A stretch of 64,000 nucleotides of DNA, from the NCBI RefSeq assembly GCF_006345805.1, contig NC_043001.1, positions 85,560,001 to 85,624,000 on the forward strand. The letters are read 5' to 3'. Shown in pieces: positions 1 through 11,730 of the stretch. The notes under the pieces are model-generated. The model ran no database searches and was not told the origin of the DNA. It was given only the letters and a program-made list of their open reading frames with translations. The translations under genes and the position numbers were made by a program. Every line of letters begins with the position of its first letter. The stretch's first letter is position 1. Source of the DNA: Octopus sinensis (Eukaryota).

Positions 1-400
1 GGTAATTGAGGTGATGTAGTTGTCCGAATATATTGACATATCATTGGCCTCTACTCGTATATAACAACAATTTGTCTCAGCGTGATTTGAGCGCTTTTAA
101 CAATGAAATAACCTGAGTCGCTGGTTCCCCTGAGAACACAAATCGCATCCATCTTGCTTTAAACGCACACACATATATATATATACAACAGACACAGACA
201 CACACATTTAAACACACATACACATATGCACGCACACGTTGAAATATTTTTTGAAGCCCAAACAATGCATGTTGCAAGTATTAATATAAGTCGATGGTTT
301 GCACTTTCACCTTATATTTAAGAGTTTCGGGATTAGGAACGATTCTTCGGGGAAGCATCAGACAAATGGTGTTATGAGATGCTTTTGCTCTTTTTTAGCT

Positions 401-455
<55 letters not shown>

Positions 456-739
456 TATATAGATAGATAAGAAAGTTGGTTTGTGAAAGAACGTGGGTGA
501 ATATATAGAAAAAGTAAAGAGTGAAAAAACTACAGAAGGCTTAAATGTTAAAACATATATATATTTGCGTCAATATGTCTGAAGAATATTAGAAAATATT
601 AAAAAAAAATTTTTTTCTCTTATAATGACATAATGACATATAAATAGAGAGAGAGAAGGATTGATAGATTGATAGATAAGTAGATAGATACATACATAGA
701 TTCATAGACAGATTAACATACATATGCACACATATTCAA

Positions 740-784
<45 letters not shown>

Positions 785-1740
785 ATATATATATATAAAT
801 TGCACTCATGCATGTATGTATGCAATGTGGTATTTGAACACAGCTAAAGAACATTAGCACAACGTCATATGTGTTATGAAGAGTTGATATAAAAGTGGTA
901 GCTTCACTACAGTAACAAAAGCCACCACGAAAGAAACCAGTTTGTAGCAGTTACTACAACTTAACAGCATCAATCACGATGACAGCGCTAGCTTCATGGT
1001 TCACGACATGTACACAGACAACATAAACTAAACTTTAACAGAAAAACAAAAACATTGTGAGCAACAATCACAGCAAGTATCACAGCTAGAAAGCAACAAC
1101 AACAACAACGAGGGTGACATTAGTAATATTATCAACAAGAGGGAAAGGTAAAGACAGTGAAGATGACTAGAATATTCTCTGGAAGAAAATCAAAATCTAA
1201 TAAGACACAGACAGTGAAGAAATGACAGAATAATTAATCATTGTAAAGTAATTGAAATGGAAATTTTCTGAGACAATCGGCAACTCAGTGAAAAGTGTAT
1301 GTCTAATGATTTTCACTAGGCAGAAGGCCAGTAGTTTATGGTAATTGAGGTGATGTAGTTGTCCGAATATATTGACATATCATTGGCCTCTACTCGTATA
1401 TAACAACAATTTGTCTCAGCGTGATTTGAGCGCTTTTAACAATGAAATAACCTGAGTCGCTGGTTCCCCTGAGAACACAAATCGCATCCATCTTGCTTTA
1501 AACGCACACACATATATATATATACAACAGACACAGACACACACATTTAAACACACATACACATATGCACGCACACGTTTGAAATATTTTTTGAAGCCCA
1601 AACAATGCATGTTGCAAGTATTAATATAAGTCGATGGTTTGCACTTTCACCTTATATTTAAGAGTTTCGGGATTAGGAACGATTCTTCGGGGAAGCATCA
1701 GACAAATGGTGTTATGAGATGCTTTTGCTCTTTTTTAGCT

Positions 1741-1800
<60 letters not shown>
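1..1800. repeat. Near-identical direct duplication 1-~455 = 1340-~1797
   Basis: Identical by eye apart from a single T indel; ends in (CT)n(TA)n. Confidence 0.9.
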
Positions 1801-1838
<38 letters not shown>

Positions 1839-1867
1839 TATATACAGAAGCTAAAAAAGCTCTTTAT

Positions 1868-2760
1868 GTCTATATAAAAGTGAAGTTGTGTGAGTGTCTG
1901 TCTCCTACGATTTAGATTCCTAACTACTCCCACATTTTGCGGTGCAGTTTAACCAAATTCGGGTATCTTATAGTCGTGATTTATATTAAGCCCGTCTGGG
2001 TATTAGCGCGCGTCTACGATGAGTCTACGATTTTAAAAATAATTTACCATAAATTTTTTCCATTTTAACGCATATTTTTTCGTGTGTCGATGGCGGCGGA
2101 GTTGGCGTCCATGCTCACACCTGCACCTGTGTTGCTTCTCCCCCTTCTTACCTCCCTCGTGAAGCCGTGGGGAAGGGAGTGTAAGGAAATCAACGTCGTA
2201 AAGCGTTGTCAAGGAGACCAGCGTTCTTTTAGAACAACGACTTCATGGCTTGAAGTCGCCAAAACAGAAATGGCTAAAAAAGCTGAAACAGATCCACAAA
2301 AACGGCAAAAACCGCCACACAGGGCAGGTTTCCTGTGCAAACAATTTGCACAACCGAATGTTTTAGTTGTTGCACAAATCTTTATATATAAAAGTGAAGT
2401 TGTGTGTCTGTCTCCTATAATTTAGATTCCTAACTACTCCCACATTTTGCGGTGCAGTTTCACCAAATTCGGGTATCTTATAGTCGTGATTCATATCGAG
2501 CCCTTCTGGGTATTAGCGCGCGTCTACGATGAGTCTACGATTTTTAAATAATTTACCATATTTTTTCCATTTTAATGCATTTTTTTGCTATTATATAAGG
2601 GAAGTAACTCTCTAAAAATGTCTACGATGAGTCAACGATTTAAAAAGAATTTACTATAATTTTTTTTCCATATTTAATGCATTTTTTGTCTATAACTCTC
2701 TAAAAATGCTTTATAGTTAATTCCCTTACAAACCCGAGCAACGCCGGGCGATACTGCTAG
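1868..2760 (+). mobile_element. Non-autonomous Helitron; complete unit 2379-2760 preceded by a second 5' segment
   Basis: A|TCTTTATATATAAAAG 5' end at 2379; 3' hairpin CCCGAGCAACGCCGGG then CTAG|T at 2760; ~200 bp of the 5' region repeated at ~1870-2080. Confidence 0.8.
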
Positions 2761-5584
2761 TATATATATATATATATGTATATAAAATTCAAATGAGGAA
2801 AGTAGCAGTCAGGTTGACAATATGTTCGTTTCCATAAACAAACGATTGTTTTATTTTAAATCTCATATCATATTCAATAGTATATAATACATTCCATACC
2901 AAGAAATGTGTAATAACGAAATAACAGTCACTTATTTAACTTCCGTGGAAGGCTTGATTTGAAATAAACAATTATCTTATGGAGTAAGTCTGCGGTGGAT
3001 ATATTTATATTACAATTTTGTGCCTGTTATTTGAAATTTGATACAAATATATGCATCACAGACTTAGACTGTAGATTAATTGTGCTTTCAGAGCTAGATA
3101 TCTGGGGAAGTGGACAAAGTATAAAATCGTTATTACATATGTCTACATATATAATGCATAACATTACCTGACATTTTATAAAAAAATGTTGTGCTTTTAC
3201 GGAAAATATCGTTTAGTTGATTTTAATTCTTTCCTCATTTGAATTCTAATAATTATTATTAACTGGACCCCTGAAAAATGCACGGAAAATATTAAAATGT
3301 AAGCATCTGTAAAGTGTGTGCTGGTGACACGAGAAATGTTTCTATATTGGTACAGTTAGAGAGAATATAGAAAGAAGAGTGAAACTGATATCCATCCAAA
3401 ACACCCCAGTTATGCACACGTAAACAGAATTACTATTTAGACTTAAAATACATCGTACATATTCAAAGAACCTTCGTATAGTGGTACGGAACGTTCTTCT
3501 GGTATTCTTTTATTCTTTAATTTATTTCAGTCATTTGACGGTGGCCATGCTTGAACACCGCCCTTCAGTCGAAGAAGTCGACACATGGACCTATTCCATC
3601 TAAGCCCGGTGCTTATTCTGTCACGCCCTTCTGCCGAAAAGCTAAGTTACGGGGGCGCAAACACACCAACGTCGGTTGCCAAACAATGGTAGTGGTGGTG
3701 AGGGACAAACGCAGACACAAACATACACAATAATATTATATATATATATATATGACAGCCTTCTTTCAGCTCTCTCACTCTCACTCTCTTTCTCTCTTAC
3801 TTCCTCTCTGTCCTCCTCTCTCTCTCGCTTTGCCACTCACTTCTTTGAAGTAAGTGTGACAAACACCACGCGTACATACGTACAAAAACAAGTAAAACTA
3901 AACGTATTAATATTATTGATGATGATTATCCCATATAAGCCGACGAGCTGGCAGAGTCGTTAGCACGCCTGACAAAATGCTTTACATTCTGAGTTCAAAC
4001 TTCGCCGAGGTCGACTTTGCCTTTCATTCTTTCGGAGATGATAAATTAAGTAAACAGTTGCGTACTGGGGTCGATCTCATCGACTTGCTCCTTCCGCCCC
4101 CAAATTTTAGGCATTGTGCCTACTGTACAAAGTACTATTATTCTTCCTTCTGCGGGGCTTGTGCTAAGCTACTGAATGTCAAGTTGGTGTAACGAAGTGC
4201 TCCCATTTATATTGTTTCGATTATTGGAATATTACGCTAGCTAGGATATTACATGGTGTTGATGAGGTAATTGGCAGTATTATAATTAACTTCCTTAGAA
4301 GAAGAAGAAGAAGAAGAAGAAGAAGAGAAGAAGAAGAAGAAGAAGAAGAAGAAGAAGAAGATATTTAAAGTGCAATATCGGTGCAAAAGCAATATGGTGT
4401 TTTGTTTATGTTGGCCTTTCAGTAACCTTAATATGGATGAGAATCTGCGTTGAGCTGTCATAAACACCCACAAAATACACCAATATATACATACGTACAT
4501 ACATACACACATACCTACATATATATGTGGCGGGTGCCGGCGCGCGTGTGTAGTTGTGTGTGTGTGTATGTGTGTATCTGTGTGCGTGTGTTTATGTGCG
4601 TGTCTGTGTTTGTGTGTGTTTCGTTGCAAAATAGTTGTGCTACAGTTTTTCAAAGATACATCTTTTAAAGCTGAATTTTTTCGATATTTCTGATAGATAT
4701 ATTTATAATAATACTCTCTTATTTAAAATAAAAGTATTACAATTTGAACTGCAATGATCTATTATGAGGTCTACATATTTTTATTACTTTATTGCCCACA
4801 GGGGGCTAAAAATTAGAGGGGACAAACAAGGACAGGCAAAGGAATTAAGTCGATTACAGCGACCGCAATGCGTAACTGGTACTTATTTAATCAACCCCGA
4901 AAGGAGGCGGAATTTGAACTCAGAACGTAACGGCAGAGGAAATGCCGCTAAGTATTTCGTCCGGCATGCTAACGATTCTACCATCTCGCCGCCCTGAGGT
5001 CTAAATATATTAGCGGTAGATAAATTGAAGAAATGGTTTCTACAATTACATTAGTGACCAGCTGAAGCAATAATTATCAGCAGCTAAGTCATTGACTTTC
5101 CAATAATAATGATGTGTCATGCAAAGTAAACATAAAAAAGCTATATTGTCTTGGCAGTATCATCAATATTAAAACATTGTTTACTTGTCTACTTGATAAA
5201 CGTGGAAGAAAAGAAAAAAAAAACGTCACAAAAAGTGAATGCACATAATTACGTCATAACAAGCATACACTACTTTAAAAAAAAATATTAAGTATGCGAG
5301 TGTCGTTAAGAAGATCACTTTAGCCCAAGGACGCTCAACAACTTGTGACTAAACCTAGTAATCAGAAACTGTGGAACGCAAACACATTCAAACCAACATT
5401 TCGCGCACACACGAAAAATCTAAGTATTTATTATTTTAAAACTCCGGCACTTAATCTATCGGTGTACTTTGTCGAGCCGCTGTGTAACAGGTCATAAAGA
5501 AACCGAGAGCGGTTGTTAAGCGGTAGAAGGGAGAAACAGATAGAAATACACACATACACACACTCACAGACAAATACGCATATT

Positions 5585-6171
5585 CCAGCGGGTACACAAA
5601 AGTGACCGGCAACGTTTGTTGGGGGACAAGTCCGTTGTGCTTCAGGCTTCTGTCGCTAGAAGTCACTTTACGCGACCCTCATGATGAAAACTTCATGAAA
5701 ATTTATGAACTAATCTTGGAGGACTGGCACCGAACAATTGACGAACTTGTTGATATGAATGGTGTCTCCTAGAGCTCCTGCTTACAAACTTTGAGTGAAA
5801 ATGAAAAGAATTGCAGTAAAATTTGTGACTTATTTACGGAATATCAAAAGCAGTCACGATTGAATGCGTGTCGTGAACTGAAAGGGCATTTGAAAGTACA
5901 TCCGGACTTTTTATCCAAGGTCATCACAGGTGAGAAACACTAATGCTACAGAATTTGTAGATGTGGAAGAGGTGAATAAAAAATCGAGGGCGCCATTAAA
6001 GTGCATCACTTCGTAAGAGTTTCAGGACTGCCTCGAATAATGGGAAACACGCGGGGACCGATGCATTGTTTCAAATGGAGAATACTTTGAAGGCGATAAA
6101 AGTATAAACATCTAATTCTAAGTAAGTAAAATTATATTGCAAAATTCCGGGTTCTTTCAGGTACTTCTCGT
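5585..6171 (+). mobile_element. Internally deleted mariner transposon relic
   Basis: Broken frames ..ILED.HRTIDELV.., QKQSRLNACREL..PDFLSKVITGE, and WETRGDRCIVSNGEYFEGD (typical mariner C-terminus); degenerate TIRs. Confidence 0.8.
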
Positions 6172-6255
6172 ACATATATCTACGTACACATGCGCGCGCC
6201 CACAGACTAACAAACATATATATATATATATTATATATATATATATATATTATAT

Positions 6256-6292
<37 letters not shown>

Positions 6293-7013
6293 GGAAACTT
6301 ATGAAATTTTAAAACATCAGAGTAATACAAATCTGTTGAATAACCGTCTGGAGTTGGGAGGATCTTGTATACATTGCACAACCCGAATGTTTGAATACTT
6401 TAAATAATAATTTTGTGAGCATTCCTATATTTTTCAAATTTTAATTCTTTGTAATAATATAAGAAGAAATATACTATACTAGCTTTCAATTTAACATTCA
6501 TAGATGACTAAAAAAATTTCACTGCAAATTTGAAATTGGAATTTTTTTCTAAATTTAATCTAGCTTAAAAATTAATAAGGCTTTCCCCCAGTTAAAAAAT
6601 ACTATGCCTACTCGTAATAATAAGAGATAGGTTTTTTCCCTTTTTTCTCTAAATTACACTCTCTGTAAATGGTATTAGGACCATTTGACATTGACCTAGT
6701 TTCTCTCACCAAATAGCAGTAATTGGCATTTATGAGTGGCAAATGCTGTCTTCAACATGAATTCCTTTTATGGGGTTCTGAAACCTCCTTGACCCCTCTC
6801 TACAATCAAAAAATCTTTATTGCTTCTAACCTTACAACAGCTAGGAACAGCCATATCTTAGTCAGTCAGTGGAAGGACTTCACTACCTCATATGTTCTTA
6901 AAAATTTAAATCCACATATTTGTCTGTATATCTACCTTCTCTATAATGTTGCCACTTGATTTGAAAATTTTTGTATTAATGGAAAAGATCTATAATTGGC
7001 TGATGAGTACTCA

Positions 7014-7055
<42 letters not shown>

Positions 7056-7057
<2 letters not shown>

Positions 7058-7437
7058 CAGGATTGGCTCTGTGGTAATTAGCTTGTTTACCAACCACATG
7101 GTTCCGGGTTCAGTCCCACTGCGTGGCACCTTGGGCAAGTGTCTTCTACTATAGTCTCAGGCCGACCAATGCCTTGTGAGTGGATTTGGTAGGCGGAAAC
7201 TGAAAGAAGCCCGTCGTATATATGTATATATATATGGGTGCGTGTGTGTCTGTGTTTGTCCCCCTAGCATTGCTTGACAACCGATGCTGGTGTGTTTATG
7301 TCCCCGTTGCATAGCGGTTCGGCAAAAGAGACCGATAGAATAAGTCCCGGGATCGAGTTGCTCGATTAAAGGCGGTGCTCCAGCATGGCCGCAGTCAAAT
7401 GACTGAAACAAGTAGAAGAGTAGAAGAGTAGAAGAGT
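7056..7437 (+). mobile_element. tRNA-derived SINE family A (CORE-like CACCTTGGGCAAGT, internal microsatellite)
   Basis: A-box TGGCTCTGTGG and B-box GGGTTCAGTCCC; AGTAGAAG tail; other copies ~3505-3770(-), 11282-11440(+), 47500-47740(-), 47972-48210(-), 56839-57030(-). Confidence 0.85.
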
Positions 7438-7479
7438 AATATGTATATATACATACATACATACATACATACATACCAT

Positions 7480-7517
<38 letters not shown>

Positions 7518-7739
7518 AATCAATATAGGGAGGCAAAAAAATTTTGTAGAATTCTTTTTGCCCCCAGCGGCCTAGTGGGAAAGAATTAAATAGTCATAAA
7601 CCATTTTCAAGTTCAATATCACAATCAAGGACGGCCATAATAGGCCATTCACCACTAGAAATAACAGCCAAAAGCTTCAACCGCAAAGTAACATTAATTC
7701 TGTAAACCAGGAGAAAATTAAAAAAACATTTACCCTGAA

Positions 7740-7844
7740 ATTCCTTATACGATGCACCGTTTCGTCTACTGTTTAGTGGTAAACTAACCTGATTAAATTA
7801 AATAAGCCAATCTACCATAGGCCCTTAGATTCATCAGTAAGAAT
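7740..7844 (-). ncRNA. Type I hammerhead ribozyme in the inverted arm (1-nt deletion in stem I 5' strand)
   Basis: TCATCAG at 7831-7837 and TTTCG/GATGCACCG/TTCCTTATAC on plus are the reverse complement of the motif. Confidence 0.75.
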
Positions 7845-8772
7845 AGCCAATCGGAACAGATATTTTTCACGAGGCATTCACGTCCATGCCTCGCCAATAT
7901 CTGACCTAAAATTTTCAAGTCGTCGCACTCGCGCCAAATTTATCGGCAGCAAATAAATATAAGCCGCCGATTCCATTACGGAACTAAACCAGAAAATTCA
8001 TAATTAATCAATATAGGGAGGCAAAAAAATTTTGTAGAATTCTTTTGCCCCCAGCGGCCTAGTGGGAAAGAATTAAATAGTCATAAACCATTTTCAAGTT
8101 CAATATCACAATCAAGGAACGGCCATAATAGGCCATTCACCCACTAGAAATAACAGCCAAAAAGCTTCAACCGCAAAGTAACATTAATTCTGTAACCAGG
8201 AGAAAATTAAAAAAACATTTACCCTGAAATTCCTTATACGATGCACCCGTTCGTCTACTGTTTAATGGTAAACTAACCTGATTAAATAAATCAAGCCAAT
8301 CTACCATAGGCCTATGGTAGATTGGCTTGATTTAATTTAATCAGGTTAGTTTTTACATTACAGTAGACGAAACGGTGCATCGTATAGGAATTTCAGGGTA
8401 AATGTTTTTTAATTTTCTCCTGGTTTACAGAATTAATGTTACTTTGCGGTTGAAGCTTTTTGGCTGTTATTTCTAGTGGGTGAATGGCCTATTATGGCCG
8501 TTCTTGATTGTGATATTGAACTTGAAAATGGTTTATGACTATTTAATTCTTTCCCACTAGGCCGCTGGGGCCAAAGAATTCTACAAAATTTTTTTGCCTC
8601 CCTATATTGATTAATTATGAATTTTCTGGTTAGTTCCGTAATGGAATCGGCGGCTTATAGTTATTTGCTGCCGATAAATTTGGCGCGAGTGCGACGATTT
8701 GAAAATTTTAGGTCAGATATTGGCGAGGCATGGACGTGAATGCCTCGTGAAAAAATCTGTTCCGATTTGGCT

Positions 8773-8877
8773 ATTCCTTACTGATGAATCTAAGGGCCTA
8801 TGGTAGATTGGCTTGATTTATTTAATCAGGTTAGTTTACCATTAAACAGTAGACGAAACGGTGCATCGTAAAGGAAT
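8773..8877 (+). ncRNA. Type I hammerhead ribozyme (1-nt deletion in stem I 3' strand)
   Basis: CTGATGA 8781-8787, GAAA 8855-8858, GUA 8868-8870. Confidence 0.75.
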
Positions 8878-9260
8878 TTCAGGGTAAATGTTTTTTTAAT
8901 TTTCTCCTGGTTTACAGAATTAATGTTACTTTGCGGTTGAAGCTTTTTGGCTTTATTTCTAGTGGGTGAATGGCCTATTATGGCCGTTCCTTGATTGTGA
9001 TATTGAACTTGAAAATGGTTTATGACTATTTAATTCTTTCCCACTAGGCCGCTGGGGGCAAAAGAATTCTACAAAATTTTTTTGCCTCCCTATATTGATT
9101 AATTATGAATTTTCTGGTTAGTTCCGTAATGGAATCGGCGGCTTATATTTATTGCTGCCGATAAATTTGGCGCGAGTGCGACGATTTGAAAATTTTAGGT
9201 CAGATATTGGCGAGGCATGGACGTGAATGCCTCGTGAAAAATATCTGTTCCGATTTGGCT

Positions 9261-9367
9261 ATTCCTTACTGATGAATCTAAGGGCCTATGGTAGATTGGC
9301 TTGATTTAATTAATCAGGTTAGTTTACCATTAACACAGTAGACGAAACGGTGCATCGTATAAGGAAT
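9261..9367 (+). ncRNA. Type I hammerhead ribozyme (intact copy)
   Basis: Stem I ATTCCTTA/TAAGGAAT; CTGATGA 9269-9275; stem II TCTA/TAGA enclosing a long hairpin; GAAA 9344-9347; stem III CGGTGCATCG; GUA triplet, cleavage after 9359. Confidence 0.85.
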
Positions 9368-9747
9368 TTCAGGGTAAATGTTTTTTTAATTTTCTCCTGG
9401 TTTACAGAATTAATGTTACTGTTGCGGTTGAAGCTTTTTGGCTGTTATTTCTAGTGGGTGAATGGCCTATTATGGCCGTTCCTTGATTGTGATATTGAAC
9501 TTGAAAATGGTTTATGACTATTAATTCTTTCCCACTAGGCCGCTGGGGGCAAAAGAATTCTACAAAATTTTTTGCCTCCCTATATTGATTAATTATGAAT
9601 TTTGGGTAGTTCGTAATGAATCGGCGGCTTATATATTTATTTGCTGCCGATAAATTTGGCGCGAGTGCGACGATTTGAAAATTTTAGGTCAGATATTGGA
9701 GGCATGGACGTGAATGCCTCGTGAAAAATATCTGTTCCGATTTGGCT

Positions 9748-9854
9748 ATTCCTTACTGATGAATCTAAGGGCCTATGGTAGATTGGCTTGATTTAATTTA
9801 ATCAGGTTAGTTTACCATTAAAACATAGACGAAACGGTGCATCGTATAAGGAAT
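9748..9854 (+). ncRNA. Type I hammerhead ribozyme (intact copy)
   Basis: Same fold; CTGATGA 9756-9762, GAAA 9831-9834, GUA 9844-9846. Confidence 0.85.
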
Positions 9855-11511
9855 TTCAGGGTAAATGTTTTTTAATTTTCTCCTGGTTTACAGAATTAAT
9901 GTTACTTTGTCGGTTGAAGCTTTTTGGCTGTTATTTCTAGTGGGTGAATGGCCTATTATGGCCGTTCCTTGATTGTGATATATATATATATATATATCAT
10001 AAGACGGTCTTTCACGCAAGATACTGGGCATTGAGATTGCACCAGAAACCGTTATGCAAACTGAGTTTCTCAACCACACAGTTATTGCCAGTATTGTCCT
10101 GCAAAATATCCTTTTTTCTAGAGATCTATGAGATGTTTCACTTGCTGACGTGTTCCAAACGCTAACTTAAAATCTATTATGTTTTTGTCCTGCTACTGCA
10201 GCGACCTCTCCGAAATTAAAAAATATTTTCAATCGCTGCCCACGTTCAAATGATTCAACTACCTTGCCTCCTTCATCACCCTACTTTGTCTCATAGATTG
10301 AAATTTTTATAAAACACTTTGCATAATTCTTTTGAACAGAGGAAACACACATTCATTAGATATATCCCTGGAGCACCAACCTATATAGGTTCAGGTTAAA
10401 CATCAATCACTTCTACCTCATTAGACTTGGCACTAGTGAAAACGTTACCGTGATTGCCCGTCTTCATCTTTACATTGTGTAAAAATTATATTAAAGATAT
10501 TTATCATATAGACTGAGTAATGGTGAATGTAAATTAATTTCATTCTGACAGTAATAGTGATTCTATACTCATGTCAGATCAAATGATTTTGGCATAGTAA
10601 AACTTCCAAAATATCGATATTTAACACTGGAACAAGACCAAGCATTTTAATGTCGATGGTGGGGATTGCAGAGTCGATAAAATTGACCCATTACAAAGTA
10701 TTTTTCCCAGAAGAATCGAAAGTAAATTTAACTTTGATGCAAATGCAAACTCTACGGAGTCTTCCATTCAACCACATCGAACCGTAAAATATTTTCATCA
10801 TTCTACCTGTCTATCTACCTGGCCTGCTGTCTCCATTCTTTCTTCCCTATTCAAATAACTATTTACATTTCAACCATGCCATTTAGATTTCTGGCAAAAT
10901 TTCTCTATGTTACTTACCAATATTGGTTTTAAATTTTGGCACAAGGTCAGCAATTTCGGGGATGGGGGGGGGGTGACTCGACCTTCATGGAATATGAAAT
11001 CAAAACGTAAAAACGGATGAAATGCCTCTAAGCATTTTGTCCGGCGTGCTGCCGATTTTACTAGCTTAGTTATTTATCAATACTGATTTCTTTCTTTTGT
11101 TTTTTTGTATATTTTTTCTCTTTTGGCAATATTACTCATCATATTTTATGATCACAAATTCAAATATCTTACATATAGAACGTATACTTATATACACATA
11201 AACGTATGCATACGTACCTACAATTATACATACATACACACATACATACATATATATATATATATATGTATGTATACATATAGGCGCAGGTGTGGTATGT
11301 AATTCGCTTCCCAACAGCATTTTTCCGCGTTCAGTCCCATTGCATAACACCTTGGGCGATTGTCTTTTTCTATAAGCACGGGCCGACCAGAGATTCGTGA
11401 GTGCATTCATTAGACGGAAACTGAAAATATCCCCTATTATATGTAATAATATATATATTATATATATATATATATATAATATATATATATATATAATATA
11501 TATATATATAT

Positions 11512-11693
11512 TAGCAATGATAGAACGGTAGCCACCACACTTATTTTTTTCTCTCATTGTTTTTCTCTTTGTTTGTTTCTGTGTTCCTTTTTGTGGAATA
11601 GCGTAGACTCGAAACGTTAAAGACTTTTTCATTTCCCGAGCGTTATACTAATACTTTTGCTTGTTTTCTACACCACCTGTCTTCGTGAATTTC

Positions 11694-11697
<4 letters not shown>
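11512..11697 (+). mobile_element. ~190-bp microsatellite-associated short element (other copies 31608-31800, 57180-57362, 58020-58140)
   Basis: Shared ATGATAGA...CCTTTCTGTGGAAGAGCGTAGGCTCGAAACGTAAAAGAC...TTCCCGAGCGTTATACT...CCACCTGTCTTCGT. Confidence 0.75.

Positions 11698-11728
<31 letters not shown>

Positions 11729-11730
<2 letters not shown>

Larger units (their letters stand above)
7516..9980. mobile_element. Retrozyme-like / Penelope pLTR-derived tandem array, ~488-bp unit; ~1.6 units on minus (7516-8310) and ~3.4 units on plus (8311-9980)
   Basis: Near-identical units (CTGATGA at 8781, 9269, 9756); inversion centre CCATAGG|CCTATGG; flanked by (TA)n on both sides; one hammerhead per complete unit. 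Confidence 0.85.

Noticed and set aside
2084-2425. 113-aa ORF as a host gene
   Set aside because: Lies inside the Helitron, starts at a non-ATG codon and has no recognisable domain.
7516-9980. CRISPR array, organellar insert or plain centromeric satellite
   Set aside because: No short repeat/unique spacer pattern and no organellar genes; the per-unit hammerhead explains it better.
10000-10470. Possible decayed coding or TE fragment
   Set aside because: More complex than its surroundings, but frames are broken and I recognise no motif.
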